A stretch of 63,804 nt of DNA, counting the filler, from Anaerolineae bacterium (GTDB lineage Bacteria; Chloroflexota; Anaerolineae; Epilineales; Epilineaceae), in NCBI GenBank assembly GCA_029262755.1. It is 5 parts of 5 records of this genome, joined end to end, with 100 filler letters (N's around TTAATTAATTAA, not from the genome) between each part and the next. Parts side by side here need not be neighbours in the genome. Positions count along the whole stretch, not along the records: positions 17,665 to 43,338 come from JAJCYU010000141.1; positions 43,439 to 56,922 come from JAJCYU010000143.1; 3 more parts are not named here. The stretch is one strand, 5' to 3'. Shown piece after piece: positions 41,991 to 52,384 of this stretch (within the stretch, counting starts at the first letter, position 1; every line of letters starts with the position of its first letter). The translations under genes and the position numbers were made by a program. The notes beneath the pieces were generated by a model. The model had not been told where the DNA came from. It searched no databases and saw only the letters and a list, made by a program, of their open reading frames with translations.

Positions 41991-42740
41991 CTAGTCCTTG
42001 TCCTCGTCCTTGTCCTTCTTCGGGGCTAGGCGGACGGCGGCTTCGGCGTCCAGGGCGTCGCGGAGGGCGCGTTGGTCGGCCGGCTTGAGCGGGCGGTGGC
42101 CGAAGTCGGCGCGTAGGGCGCGCTTGAGGTCGGCGGCCAGCATGACCGGTACGTTCGGATCCTCGGCGTGCAGGACGGCGCGGGGGTGGGTCAGGACCAT
42201 GACGCGTTCGATGGGGACGTCGGCCAGGTCGGGGGCGTGGCGGCGCAGGTCGTCGCGCAGGGCCTCCACTTGGATGTCCAGCAGGCGGGACGGATCACGC
42301 ACGGGGCGGCGGCCGATGCTCAGCAGTCGGCGGACGATGGATCGTTGGTCGCGCCAGCGTTTGCCGTGCACGGTCAGCGGGCCGTCGAAGTTGTAGGGTT
42401 CGATCACGGTCAGGCCCCACGGGGCCAGCGCGACGTGATCGGCGCCTAGCACCCAGTGGTAGAGCTTCCAGCCGGCATTGCTGCCAGCCATGGCTTCGCG
42501 GATCGCGATCTCAGGGCGTGGCGGGAGCATCCAGCGGTCCATGAGGGCCACACCGCTCCAGCTCAGGATCGTGCCGACGATCAAGGCGCCGTAGGAAAGG
42601 GCAAGGCTGCGCGAATCGCCGGAGCCGATGAAAAGGCCGCCGATCAGGATGATGAAGCCGAAGAGCACCATGCGCCGGGCGAGACGCCGGCGTCGCATGG
42701 CGAGGTCTTCGTGCACGACCACCTGCATGGCGGCGCTCAT
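41991..42740 (-). CDS. Hypothetical 2-TM membrane protein with NERD-like soluble domain
   Basis: Two TMs then LYHWVLGADHVALAPWGLTVIE; overlaps plsX stop. Confidence 0.7.
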   Translation of the reverse strand: MSAAMQVVVHEDLAMRRRRLARRMVLFGFIILIGGLFIGSGDSRSLALSYGALIVGTILSWSGVALMDRWMLPPRPEIAIREAMAGSNAGWKLYHWVLGADHVALAPWGLTVIEPYNFDGPLTVHGKRWRDQRSIVRRLLSIGRRPVRDPSRLLDIQVEALRDDLRRHAPDLADVPIERVMVLTHPRAVLHAEDPNVPVMLAADLKRALRADFGHRPLKPADQRALRDALDAEAAVRLAPKKDKDEDKD

Positions 42741-43338
42741 GCTTCGACCGGAGCCGGGTTGGTCGACCGATCGGCGCGAGCTGTGTGCTCGGATGATTCG
42801 TCGGGCTGCAGCGACGCGGCTTGTTCGGCGTGCAGCGTCGCCTCCGCGACGCCGCGCTCGATGGCTGAGACCAGGTCGAGCTCCGCGGCGCGGCAGGCCA
42901 CGTCGATCATCGACACCACGGCTTGTGCATCGGAGCGGCCGTGGCCGATGGCCACCGTTCCGCGTACGCCGAGCAACATCACGCCTCCATATTGCCGGTA
43001 GTCCCACCGCTTCTTCACACGGCCCATGGCGGGCCGCATGAGCAGGGCTCCGAGCGTGCTCATGGGATCGCGCAGGGACTCTTCGCGCAGCGTCACCCGG
43101 ACGAGATCGCCGATTCCCTCGGAGAGCTTGAGCATGAGGTTGCCCGTGAAACCGTCCGTCACCGCGACGTCCACCCCGCCGAGCGGCACATCCATGCCCT
43201 CGACGTTGCCCACGAAGTTGACCTGGCTTGCCTCCAGCAGGGGCGTCGCGCGTTGCACGACGACCGTGCCCTTGCCGCGCTCCTCGCCGATCGTCAGCAG
43301 GCCCACGGTGGGACGGGTCTTGCCGAGGATGTGGCGCG
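42737..43338 (-). CDS. plsX: Phosphate acyltransferase PlsX (5' truncated by gap)
   Basis: VGLLTIGEERGKG, NFVGNVEG, VTDGFTGNLMLKLSEG, GHGRS. Confidence 0.93.
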
Positions 43339-43438
43339 NNNNNNNNNNNNNNNNNNNNNNNNNNNNNNNNNNNNNNNNNNNNTTAATTAATTAANNNNNN
43401 NNNNNNNNNNNNNNNNNNNNNNNNNNNNNNNNNNNNNN
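43339..43438. other. Artificial contig linker
   Basis: N44-TTAATTAATTAA-N44. Confidence 0.99.
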
Positions 43439-43729
43439 GCCAGCGATGGCGACGCGTTCGACGAGTCCGTCCAGGGGCCGGGAGGACGCGACGAGCGTGA
43501 TCGAATCGTCGCCCAGCTGGAGGCGCGAGACGCGGACCCCGTGGCCCACGATCGCGTGTGCGTCCGTTGCGGCGACGTCGGTCGACACGCCGCCAATCGC
43601 GCCGGCGATGAGGTCGGTGGGCTGTGCCCGTACGGGGAGCGGTGCGCTTGGCCCGCGCAATCGAGGCGCCCGTTCAGCGCCAACGGCGAGCAGGAGCGAT
43701 ATCGACAGGATTCGCATGAGAGCGCGCAT
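43439..43729 (-). CDS. Secreted LVIVD-like repeat protein, N-terminal fragment
   Basis: Signal peptide; GAIGGVSTDVA...AIVGHGVRV resembles the start of the 45300 protein (GHTGGV...AWLAVGPRL). Confidence 0.6.
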
Positions 43730-43977
43730 CGAGCAAGCCCTTTCGGCGGAACGAGGCGGGCGAGCATCCCGCGTGTCGAGAGGTACAGACACTCGAGGGC
43801 TGCGAAGGGGATCGGGGACCGGTGCGATCGACAGGAATGGCGGCACGAACCGCACTGAGCGCGACATTCTTGCAACGCTCGTCGCCTAGGATGTCAGCGT
43901 CTGCAGATGCTTGAACGTTTGGCTGGTTTTCGTCGTCCGTACTGGACGACTCTTGGAGCACTACCTAGGAGGCTGTT

Positions 43978-44868
43978 GTGTTTGACTTGGCGAATGGGAT
44001 TGGACGGCGCTGGGCTCGTTTGATGGTTGTGTTTGGCATGTTGGGAGTGCTTGGGTTGGCAATGGGGATCGGATCGACAACGCCGAAGGTGATGGCGCAG
44101 GGGAGTGGTGCCGGGGAGCCGATCTGTAGCGTCGTGTTCGATCCTGAGCTGGCGTGTTCGGGTGCGGACGTCGAGTTCCTTTCGGTGGCGTTGGTGCCGG
44201 AGATCAACATCGACTGCGTCGACAGCGAGGGCTACAAAGTCCGAATCGAGGGTGACCGCTGTGGTGGATCGCCATCGAATGCGCCGGCGGGGGTCACCGT
44301 GACGTGCGGGGATGGATCCAAGGTGCCGATGAACGTACCGGCGGGATCCCACTTCGATTTCCTCGTGGCGGATTCGTCCGGAGAAACGTGCCTGTGCCAA
44401 GAAGCGGGTGGCATCGCATCCGTCAAGGTCTTGCCGATCCTCGGCACGCAGCTTGAGAATCTGAAGGCGACGATCGAATGCTGCGAGTGCGACTTGGGGG
44501 AGCCGACGCCCACGCCGACACCGGATCCCGCCTGCGTACAAGGTCACACGCTTGACCCGGACTGCGCGCGGATTCACTTCATCGGCGGCGGTCTCGAGCC
44601 GAGCACGTGCACCGACGCAGCGGGCTACGACGTGAAGGTAAGCGGCATCGGCTGCGGCACGAGCACCAACCAGATGCAGATTCGGGTGACGTGCGATGAT
44701 GGCTCGATCGAGCCGAGCGACGTGACGGTGTCCCCGGGCACGGCGTTCTCGAAGACCCTGCCCTGCGCCTGCGCGGGTACGGGTGGCGTAGAGTCGGTGC
44801 GGCTATCCGGCAGCGGCAATGCGAAGGCCGAGAACGTCGAGGTCGAGGTGACCTGCTGCGACTGCTAA
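43978..44868 (+). CDS. Secreted Cys-rich protein with two tandem homologous domains
   Basis: AGGAGG RBS, signal peptide, two ~115-aa repeats ending CCEC/CCDC joined by PTPTPTP. Confidence 0.8.
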   Translation: MFDLANGIGRRWARLMVVFGMLGVLGLAMGIGSTTPKVMAQGSGAGEPICSVVFDPELACSGADVEFLSVALVPEINIDCVDSEGYKVRIEGDRCGGSPSNAPAGVTVTCGDGSKVPMNVPAGSHFDFLVADSSGETCLCQEAGGIASVKVLPILGTQLENLKATIECCECDLGEPTPTPTPDPACVQGHTLDPDCARIHFIGGGLEPSTCTDAAGYDVKVSGIGCGTSTNQMQIRVTCDDGSIEPSDVTVSPGTAFSKTLPCACAGTGGVESVRLSGSGNAKAENVEVEVTCCDC

Positions 44869-45299
44869 CGGATAGCTGGACGTCGGATGCACGGGGCGTT
44901 CCCCCGCAGAGCAATAGGGACGGGAGCCCGCAACGCAGATAGGGCGCCCAGCTCGGAAACGGAGTCCAACACGGTTGAGAGGGGGTGGCGGGAGCCACCC
45001 TCTCCGCCGTCTTGTTACAACGGCCGGCTATCTGCTGTCTCCGCCGCGGGACGATGGTGCAACGCAGGGACGTTACGCTGTTGATGCGAACGCGGGATGC
45101 CGTAACCAATGCGGTGATGAGGTGTCCATGGTTGCTGGTACTGTGCGCGCTTCGTGGGATAGCAGGTCCGGAGGCCATCGAGCGCGAGGGTGACACGGAT
45201 CAATCCGTCGAGCGTACTTCGTGCTCGGCGGGACGTGCCCGCGAACGAGTTTGGGGCTTGCGCGTCCCGTACATCGAGATCGAACCGTCAGGAGCTGCG

Positions 45300-47552
45300 A
45301 TGACGTTGCCGGCGCGCCACTACGCGGTATCCACCCACTGGTCGCGAATGCACACGAAGCGTTCGCGACGCGGGTGGGCGTTGCTCGTTCGCCTTGCAAG
45401 CGCTTCTGCTGCGCTGTTCGCCTTCGCCGCGATCGGTGTTGCGACGCAGTCCGCCGCGATTCAGGGCGTGGCGGCCGCACCTCGCGCCGACGAGGCGGGG
45501 CCTGCCGAGCCGCCCCTCGAGAAGGACATGGCGTCGTGGCGGACGGGGCGATTCACGGCGATCGGGCATACGGGCGGGGTCGTGCATTCGCCCACGTACG
45601 AACCGCTCCGGTCCATCGCGTGGCTGGCGGTCGGGCCGCGATTGGTCGCGATGGACGTGAGCGACGTAGCGCCGGGTCTGCGTCCGCTCGGGCGAACGCC
45701 GGCGCTGCCGGGCCCCGTGTTCCGTATTGCCGTCGGTCACCAGTTTGTGTTGACGACAGATCGATCCGAGCGACCTTCCGCCTGGTTGATCGACGGCAGG
45801 GATCCCGCGTGGCCCCGCGGCGTGCGACGCCTCGAGCTGGGGGCGCCGCCCCGCGCGGTTGCGGCGGATGGGCGCAATGCGGTCGTGATTGCCGGCAACG
45901 ACATCGTGCTCCTGAACGTAGAGAATCCTTCCGCACCCTGCATCGTCGAACGTCGCACGCTACCGGGCATCGAACCCGGCGCCCGAGCATTGCATGCGGT
46001 GCTCGACGGCCTGCGGCTGGCCGTGGCGACGGACGACGGAAGAGTCTTGGTCGTCGACTTGGGTCTGCCGGAAGAAGGAGCGGTCCCCGCCGTGATCGAG
46101 GAAGGGCAAACGGTGGAGATGCATCTCGACGGGGACCGGCTATTCGTATTGAACGAATTCGGATTCCTCTTCCTGTACCGAGTACGACCGGTGCTCACAC
46201 GGGTTTGGGCCATGGCGCGAGATGAGGACAACCGCATCATCCTCGATTTCGGCGTGGCAGGCGATGCGTTGGCGCTCCTCAAGGGAGTCGGCGGGGAGGC
46301 GAGCCTGACGCTGGAAGTCCGCTCGCTCGCCGGACCGGAAGGGGAGCGCCGTGAGCCCCCATTGCTGGCGCCCGCGGTGGCCATTGCCCAGCCGCACCCT
46401 TCGATTCCCCTGTACATATCGCAGGGATTGGGTGCACGCTCGGGTCAGCCCTTGGCGCTGCTGCATGACGGCCGCGTCGAAACCGTGCCCGTCGCAGAGA
46501 TCAGCGCGCCACGCGGTGCAGGGGCGGTCCCGGCATGGGAGCCCTCCGCCACCGCATGGGCACCGGTCGCCGATACGGTGATTGCGATGGCGCGGAGCCA
46601 CGACCTGATTGCGGTCGCGGGGCGGAACGGGCGCGTGGACCTACTCGATCCACGTCATCCGGACGCGCCACGCTTGATCGGTACGTGGCGGGAGGAGATT
46701 GCGGGCGATTGGGCGCCGCATGTGCAAGACCTGCAGTTCGTGGAGAATGTGTTGTGGGTCGCGTTGAACTCCCGTGTCGTCGCGTTGGACGTCAGAAAGC
46801 CGGAGTCGCCCCGGCCTGTGTATAGCAAGGCCGTCGGAAGCGGTGCGCGGATGATCATTGCGGGCCACAGGGTCATCGTGTTTTCGTCACACGGGCTTTA
46901 CAGCGCAGATGGGCTCCGGCCAGACGAAGGGCTCCGGCTTCTCAATCGAAGAAGTCTCTCGATCACGGCCCTCGCGATGCACGACCAGCAGCTCTGGGCG
47001 GCCGGCCACGGTCCTACAGGCACGAGCAACCTCTATGCGTTCGACGTTTCTGGTCCCGAGATCCGCGTGAATGCGGAGCACACGCTGGGCGTAACCATTC
47101 ATGCTCTCGCCAGTGCAGGACGCAACCTTGTCGCGTTGTCCAGCGCCGGCGACGGTATCAGCCCTGACGCGTTGCAAGTACTCGACGTGGCGGATTGGTC
47201 GAATGTTCGTGGGCTCGGCCAACTCGACCTCGCGCCTCCAGCGGCCGACGGGCGCGTCGGGATCGCCGGGACCCGTGGCGCCTTGCTGGCATGGGACGGC
47301 AGCGTGATCGTGGCGCACCCTTCGGTCGGGTTGATCGAGGTGGACTTGAGCGTGCCGTCGTTCCCCGACGAGCTGGGCCGCTTCCCGGTGACCGCCGGCG
47401 CAGACACGCTGCTGCGCGATGTCGGGGGCGACGTATTGTGGGTGGGTAGTGTGCTGGGCGGACTGACAGCGTTGCGCAAGACCGCACCGGAGGCTCGGCC
47501 GGTCCAGCTGTGGCTACCGATCGCGACCGCGTGGGGTCCAGCGGGGCCCTGA
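45300..47552 (+). CDS. Secreted LVIVD-like beta-propeller protein
   Basis: AGGAG RBS; repeats LVAMDVSD, VLLNVENPSAP, VALDVRKPESP; C-terminal LWLPIA. Confidence 0.75.
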   Translation: MTLPARHYAVSTHWSRMHTKRSRRGWALLVRLASASAALFAFAAIGVATQSAAIQGVAAAPRADEAGPAEPPLEKDMASWRTGRFTAIGHTGGVVHSPTYEPLRSIAWLAVGPRLVAMDVSDVAPGLRPLGRTPALPGPVFRIAVGHQFVLTTDRSERPSAWLIDGRDPAWPRGVRRLELGAPPRAVAADGRNAVVIAGNDIVLLNVENPSAPCIVERRTLPGIEPGARALHAVLDGLRLAVATDDGRVLVVDLGLPEEGAVPAVIEEGQTVEMHLDGDRLFVLNEFGFLFLYRVRPVLTRVWAMARDEDNRIILDFGVAGDALALLKGVGGEASLTLEVRSLAGPEGERREPPLLAPAVAIAQPHPSIPLYISQGLGARSGQPLALLHDGRVETVPVAEISAPRGAGAVPAWEPSATAWAPVADTVIAMARSHDLIAVAGRNGRVDLLDPRHPDAPRLIGTWREEIAGDWAPHVQDLQFVENVLWVALNSRVVALDVRKPESPRPVYSKAVGSGARMIIAGHRVIVFSSHGLYSADGLRPDEGLRLLNRRSLSITALAMHDQQLWAAGHGPTGTSNLYAFDVSGPEIRVNAEHTLGVTIHALASAGRNLVALSSAGDGISPDALQVLDVADWSNVRGLGQLDLAPPAADGRVGIAGTRGALLAWDGSVIVAHPSVGLIEVDLSVPSFPDELGRFPVTAGADTLLRDVGGDVLWVGSVLGGLTALRKTAPEARPVQLWLPIATAWGPAGP

Positions 47553-47579
47553 GGGCCGACGGCAATCGACCGCTTCGAG

Positions 47580-49574
47580 CTAGCCGCCGCCCTCGGCGAT
47601 CTCGGATAGTTCGAGCCAGCGCATGGTCGCGTCATCGAGCTGCTCTTCCAGCGCGGCGAGCTCGTCGGCGAGGGCGGACATGCGCGCGAAGTCGGCGCCG
47701 GCGCCGTTGATCGCGGCTTCGAGCTCGGCCTTGCGCGCTTCCTGCGTTGCGATCGATGCCGTGACGGCTTCCAGCTCGCGGGCTTCCTTGAAGCTGAGCT
47801 TGCGCGGACGCACGGTGCCGCGCTGCGTCGCGTCGGCGGTGGCGGTGGCGTGGGAGGTGGAGGTTGCGTTGGACTCGCCCGGTTGATCAGGGCCGGCGGA
47901 AGAATCGCGAATGCCGCTCGCGCTATTCGCGCTTCCCGCGGCGTTCTCGGCGTCGGGGCCGGTGCCGTTGGCGCGTTGCTCGCCGCGAATCCGCAGGTAG
48001 CTCTCGAAGGGAACGGGATAGCCCGCGTGCAAGCGTCCGCCTTGGACGACCGCGAGCTGATCGACCGTGCGGTCCAAGAAGTAGCGGTCGTGGCTGACCA
48101 CGATCAGGGTGCCGGTGAAGCGATCGAGGAAGTCCTCCAAGACGCCCAAGGTCTCGATGTCGACATCGTTGGTCGGCTCGTCGAGCAGGAGCACGTTGGG
48201 TTGGTGGATGAGCGTGCGCAGCAGGTACAGGCGGCGGCGCTCGCCGCCGGACAGGCTGCCGATGTAGGCCTGTTGCTGCTTGCGGGAGAAGAGCAGCCAC
48301 TCGAGCATGAGTGCGGAAGTGACGCGGCCGCCGTCCGGCGTTTGGATCAGGGGCGCCTCTTGGTCGATGTAGTCGATCAGGCGCAGGTCGTCCCGTAGCT
48401 CCGCGCTGCGCTGGTCGAAGTAGCCGAGCTTCACCGTATCGCCCCACGAGACGGTGCCCGAGTCGGGTTCTGTTCGACCCGCGAGGATGTCGAGCAAGGT
48501 GCTCTTGCCCGCGCCGTTGGGGCCGAGGATGCCGATACGGTCGCCGGGGCCAAGATGCAGGCTCACGTCGTCGAGCACCGTCTGGTCGCCGTAGGCCTTG
48601 CTCAGGTGGTCGGCTTCCAGCGCGCGCTTGCCGAGCCTGCGGGAGGCCAGGGCGAAGGCGACGCGGTCTTCGCGCCGGTCGTAGCGCAGGGTCTGCAGCT
48701 CGTCGATCCGCTGCTTGCGCGCCTTCTGCTTGGTGCTGCGTGCTTTCGCTCCGCGCCGGAGCCACTCGAGCTCGCGTGCAAGGTGGCGTCGCCGCACTTC
48801 TTCGGACTTGGTGAGGCGTTCGTGGCGTTGGGCGCGTTTCTCGATGTAGTGCCCGTAGTTGCCGGGGTAGCTGACGAGCGCGCGACGGTCCAGCTCCACG
48901 ATGCGGTTGGCCACGCGGTCCAGGAAATAGCGATCATGGGTGACCATCAGCAAGGAACGGTTGCCGCGCACCAGGAAGGCCTCCAGCCACGCGACCGTGT
49001 CGGCATCGATATGGTTGGTCGGCTCGTCGAGCACAAGCAGGTCCGCGGGGTCGATGAGCGCCCGCGCGAGGGCGACGCGCTTGTGCTGGCCGCCGGAGAG
49101 CGTGGCAACACGCGTGTCCATATCCGTGATGCCCAGTCGTGTCAGCACGGCCTTCGCCTCGGCCTCCGCGTTCCAACCGCCCTCCGCGTCGAGCGCCGCG
49201 ACGGTCGCGTGGAGCCGTTGCTGGGTGGCTCCGTCGTCGGGTGCGGCGTCGAGCGCGCGTACCGCGGCGGCGTGATCGCGAAGGCGCCGTAGGATGGGCG
49301 CTTCGCCGTGGTAGACGGCTTCCAGGACCGTGTGCTCCGGGTCGAGGACGGGCTCCTGCGGCAGGTACGTCACCCGCACGTTGCCCCACACCGTGACGCT
49401 GCCGGCGTCCGGTGTAGCCAGGTCGGCGACAAGACGCAGCAGCGTGGTCTTGCCGCTGCCGTTGACGCCGATCAAGCCGATGCGCTCGCCGGACTCGATG
49501 CGCAGATCGACGCCTTCGAGCAGGACGCGTTCGGAGTACTGCTTGCCGACGCCTTCCAGGGTGACGAGATTCAT
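47580..49574 (-). CDS. ABC-F family ATPase (Uup-like)
   Basis: Two NBDs (GVNGSGKT, LSGGQ, LDEPTNH; GPNGAGKS, LSGGE, LDEPTND), KLSFKE C-terminal coil. Confidence 0.93.
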   Translation of the reverse strand: MNLVTLEGVGKQYSERVLLEGVDLRIESGERIGLIGVNGSGKTTLLRLVADLATPDAGSVTVWGNVRVTYLPQEPVLDPEHTVLEAVYHGEAPILRRLRDHAAAVRALDAAPDDGATQQRLHATVAALDAEGGWNAEAEAKAVLTRLGITDMDTRVATLSGGQHKRVALARALIDPADLLVLDEPTNHIDADTVAWLEAFLVRGNRSLLMVTHDRYFLDRVANRIVELDRRALVSYPGNYGHYIEKRAQRHERLTKSEEVRRRHLARELEWLRRGAKARSTKQKARKQRIDELQTLRYDRREDRVAFALASRRLGKRALEADHLSKAYGDQTVLDDVSLHLGPGDRIGILGPNGAGKSTLLDILAGRTEPDSGTVSWGDTVKLGYFDQRSAELRDDLRLIDYIDQEAPLIQTPDGGRVTSALMLEWLLFSRKQQQAYIGSLSGGERRRLYLLRTLIHQPNVLLLDEPTNDVDIETLGVLEDFLDRFTGTLIVVSHDRYFLDRTVDQLAVVQGGRLHAGYPVPFESYLRIRGEQRANGTGPDAENAAGSANSASGIRDSSAGPDQPGESNATSTSHATATADATQRGTVRPRKLSFKEARELEAVTASIATQEARKAELEAAINGAGADFARMSALADELAALEEQLDDATMRWLELSEIAEGGG

Positions 49575-49781
49575 GGGGGTTCGAGTTCCTGAGGTCGGTC
49601 GATGGCTGGATGGGAACGCGGCGCCGCTCGAAGTGGGAGCGATGGTGACGTTTGCGCCGCGCCGATCGCGTTCGCGAGCACGTAGGCGAGTAGGTATGCG
49701 AGTACTGCGCGACCTATTCGCACAGGATACCGTAGCGCAAGGGGCGTGACCTTCCCGGCTCGCTGCCCTATCGTCTCCGGC

Positions 49782-52376
49782 ATGCGACGAATTCTTACCA
49801 GCGGCATCACGCCGCGTTGGCGCAAGGTCGTGCGCGATCTGGTCCAAGACCGGACCCGAACCGCGCTCGCGGTCGGGGCGGTCGCGGTCGGGGTGTTCGC
49901 CGTGGGCATGATCGCGAGCACGCGCATCCTCCTGCTCGCCGAGCTCAACGACGGTTGGGAAACCACCGAACCGGCCGACGCCACGCTCTACATGGAAGGC
50001 TTCGGCGACGACCTGGTGGCGATGGCGGAGCGCGTCCCTGGTGTTCGCGCCGCCGAGGGCCGTCGCGGCGTGTGGCTGCGCTTCGCGTTCGAAGAAGATC
50101 CGGCGGCGACCGGCGAGCGGGTCGCGCTGGCCGCCGGGCGAGACGAGCGGGGAAACGAACGGCCGGCGGGTCGCGACGCGGGAGCCGAGGCGGACGGCAG
50201 CGGGGCTGTCGGGCGCGAGGGAGGGGCCGGATCGGCGCAGGCCAGAGGCGCGGAGGACGCTGCCGCGCCTCGCTCCGAGCACGAGACCGTTTGGCGCGAC
50301 ATCAACCTGCAGGCGATCGGCGACTTCGCCGCGATGCGGGTTTCGCGAATCGAGCTTGTATCCGGCGCGTGGCCGCCGCAGGACGGCGACGTGTTGCTGG
50401 AGCGCGCCGCGTTGGAACACGCGGGTGTGCGGGTCGGAGACGAGCTGCGCGTGGAAGCCGCGGGCGGCAAGCTGCGTGTGCTGCGCGTGTCGGGCGTCGT
50501 GCACGATCGGCGGCGCGCCAACGCGCTGCTCGAGCAGAGCGCGGCCGGCTACGTGACGCGCGAAACCATGGATGCGCTCGGCTACGGGGTCGCCTACACC
50601 GAACTGCATTTGGCCGTGGCGCCGGGTGCGGAGCGTGCGGAGGTCGAAGGCGTTGCGGAGAGCGTGAAGCAGCGCGTTGAGCGCGGCGGGCTGCCCGTCG
50701 GTTGGGTTCAGATTCCGGAGCCGGGTGAACACCCGATGGACGACACGGTGAGCCCCGTGTTCCTGATCCTCGGCGTGCTGGGCGGCTTGGCGACGGCCCT
50801 TTCGGCCCTGTTGGTGGTGAACACGATCATGGCCTTGCTCGCGCGCCAGGTGCGCCAGATCGGGATCATGAAGGCCGTGGGTGCACGCAGCGAGCAGCTG
50901 GCGGCGATGTATGCGGGTACGGTCTTCGCCTTCGGCTTGCTCTCGCTCGCGATCGCTGTGCCGCTCGGTGTCATCGGCACGCGGGCTTTCAGCGCCTGGT
51001 TGGCCGGGCTCTTGAACGTGAACGCGCCACCGTGGGCCTTGCCGCTGCCCGTGCTCGCAGCGCAGATCGCGGTCGCGCTGCTGGTACCGGTGGCGGCGGC
51101 GGCCTGGCCGCTCGCGCTCGGCGCACGCATGCCCGTGCGGCGCGCGCTGTCGGAGCACGGGCACGGTGACCGGAGCGTGGGGAGCGGGCGGATGGATCGG
51201 GCCCTACGCCGCGTGCCGTGGCTGTCGCGGCCGCAGCGTCTGGCGCTACGCAACGCATTTCGGCGCAAGGGGCGGCTGGCATTGACGCTGCTGACCCTCG
51301 CGCTCGCGGGTGCGATCGTGATCTCCGTGTTCACGGTGCGTAGCTCGCTGCTCAACACGCTCGACGGCATCTTGGCCTACTGGGGCCACGACGTGCGGGT
51401 TGGCTTTCGCGATTCACATCGTGCGGATGCGCTCGTGAGCGAGGCGCTTGGGGTGCCGGGTGTGGAAGCCGCGGAGGCCTGGGCATTCCACGGATCGCGG
51501 CGACTCCGGCCGGACGGTGAAGAGAGCGGCGACATCCTTATCGTGGGGCCCGCGGAAGGCACGGTGTTGATCGCGCCGCGGCTGCGGGCCGGGCGTTGGC
51601 TGTTGCCGGCGGATGAGCGCGGGGTGGTGATCAATCACGAGCTCGTGTCCGAAGAGCCGGACGCGCTGGGCGTCGGCGACGAGATCGTGCTTGTGGTGGG
51701 GCCGCGCGAGATTGCGTTTCGGGTGGTCGGCGTCCTCGAGACGACGCGGTCGGGTCCGCGCGCCTATCTCAACTACGAGGCGCTTGGGCGACTGACGGGT
51801 GAGGTTGGACGCGCAGGGAGCGTTCGTGTTGTGACGTCGCGCCACGACGCGGCCTTTCAACAGGGGGTAGGGCAGGCGCTGGAGCAGCACTTCAACGCCA
51901 TCGGGCTCGGTGTCGACGACATGGACGTGATGGCCTCGACGCGCGAATCGACCGAGTACCAGTTCAACATCTTGGTGAGCATTCTGCTGGTCATGGCCGC
52001 CTTACTCGGGGTCGTGGGGGCGCTGGGCCTCGCGAGCACGATGAGCATGAACGTCTTGGAGCGAACACGGGAGCTGGGCGTGCTGCGCTCGTTGGGCGCG
52101 GGCCATCGCACTGTGTTCGGGCTCGTCGTGCTCGAGGGATTGGTCATTGGGGCGATGAGCGGGCTGCTGGGATGGATCGCATCGGTGCCCCTAGGGCGGG
52201 TCTTTTCCGCGGCCGTCGGGGTCGCCTTCCTCGAGGGGCCGTTGGACCACCGATTTTCGTGGGGCGGTGCGGCGCTGTGGATCGGGTCTTCGTTGACGTT
52301 GGCGGCCTTGGCCTCCCTCGCACCAGCGGCGAGCGCGATGCGGATGAGCGTGCGCGAGGCCTTGCAATACGAATGA
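49782..52376 (+). CDS. FtsX/MacB-like ABC transporter permease (duplicated)
   Basis: WRKVVRDL, QIGIMKAVGA, NAFRRKGRLALT, NVLERTRELGVLRSLGA, SVREALQYE. Confidence 0.9.
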   Translation: MRRILTSGITPRWRKVVRDLVQDRTRTALAVGAVAVGVFAVGMIASTRILLLAELNDGWETTEPADATLYMEGFGDDLVAMAERVPGVRAAEGRRGVWLRFAFEEDPAATGERVALAAGRDERGNERPAGRDAGAEADGSGAVGREGGAGSAQARGAEDAAAPRSEHETVWRDINLQAIGDFAAMRVSRIELVSGAWPPQDGDVLLERAALEHAGVRVGDELRVEAAGGKLRVLRVSGVVHDRRRANALLEQSAAGYVTRETMDALGYGVAYTELHLAVAPGAERAEVEGVAESVKQRVERGGLPVGWVQIPEPGEHPMDDTVSPVFLILGVLGGLATALSALLVVNTIMALLARQVRQIGIMKAVGARSEQLAAMYAGTVFAFGLLSLAIAVPLGVIGTRAFSAWLAGLLNVNAPPWALPLPVLAAQIAVALLVPVAAAAWPLALGARMPVRRALSEHGHGDRSVGSGRMDRALRRVPWLSRPQRLALRNAFRRKGRLALTLLTLALAGAIVISVFTVRSSLLNTLDGILAYWGHDVRVGFRDSHRADALVSEALGVPGVEAAEAWAFHGSRRLRPDGEESGDILIVGPAEGTVLIAPRLRAGRWLLPADERGVVINHELVSEEPDALGVGDEIVLVVGPREIAFRVVGVLETTRSGPRAYLNYEALGRLTGEVGRAGSVRVVTSRHDAAFQQGVGQALEQHFNAIGLGVDDMDVMASTRESTEYQFNILVSILLVMAALLGVVGALGLASTMSMNVLERTRELGVLRSLGAGHRTVFGLVVLEGLVIGAMSGLLGWIASVPLGRVFSAAVGVAFLEGPLDHRFSWGGAALWIGSSLTLAALASLAPAASAMRMSVREALQYE

Positions 52377-52384
52377 GGTGTGCA

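Noticed and set aside
49575..51164. 1194-aa ABC-F ORF with a long N-terminal extension
   Set aside because: The extension is the antisense shadow of the permease; ABC-F homology starts at 49574
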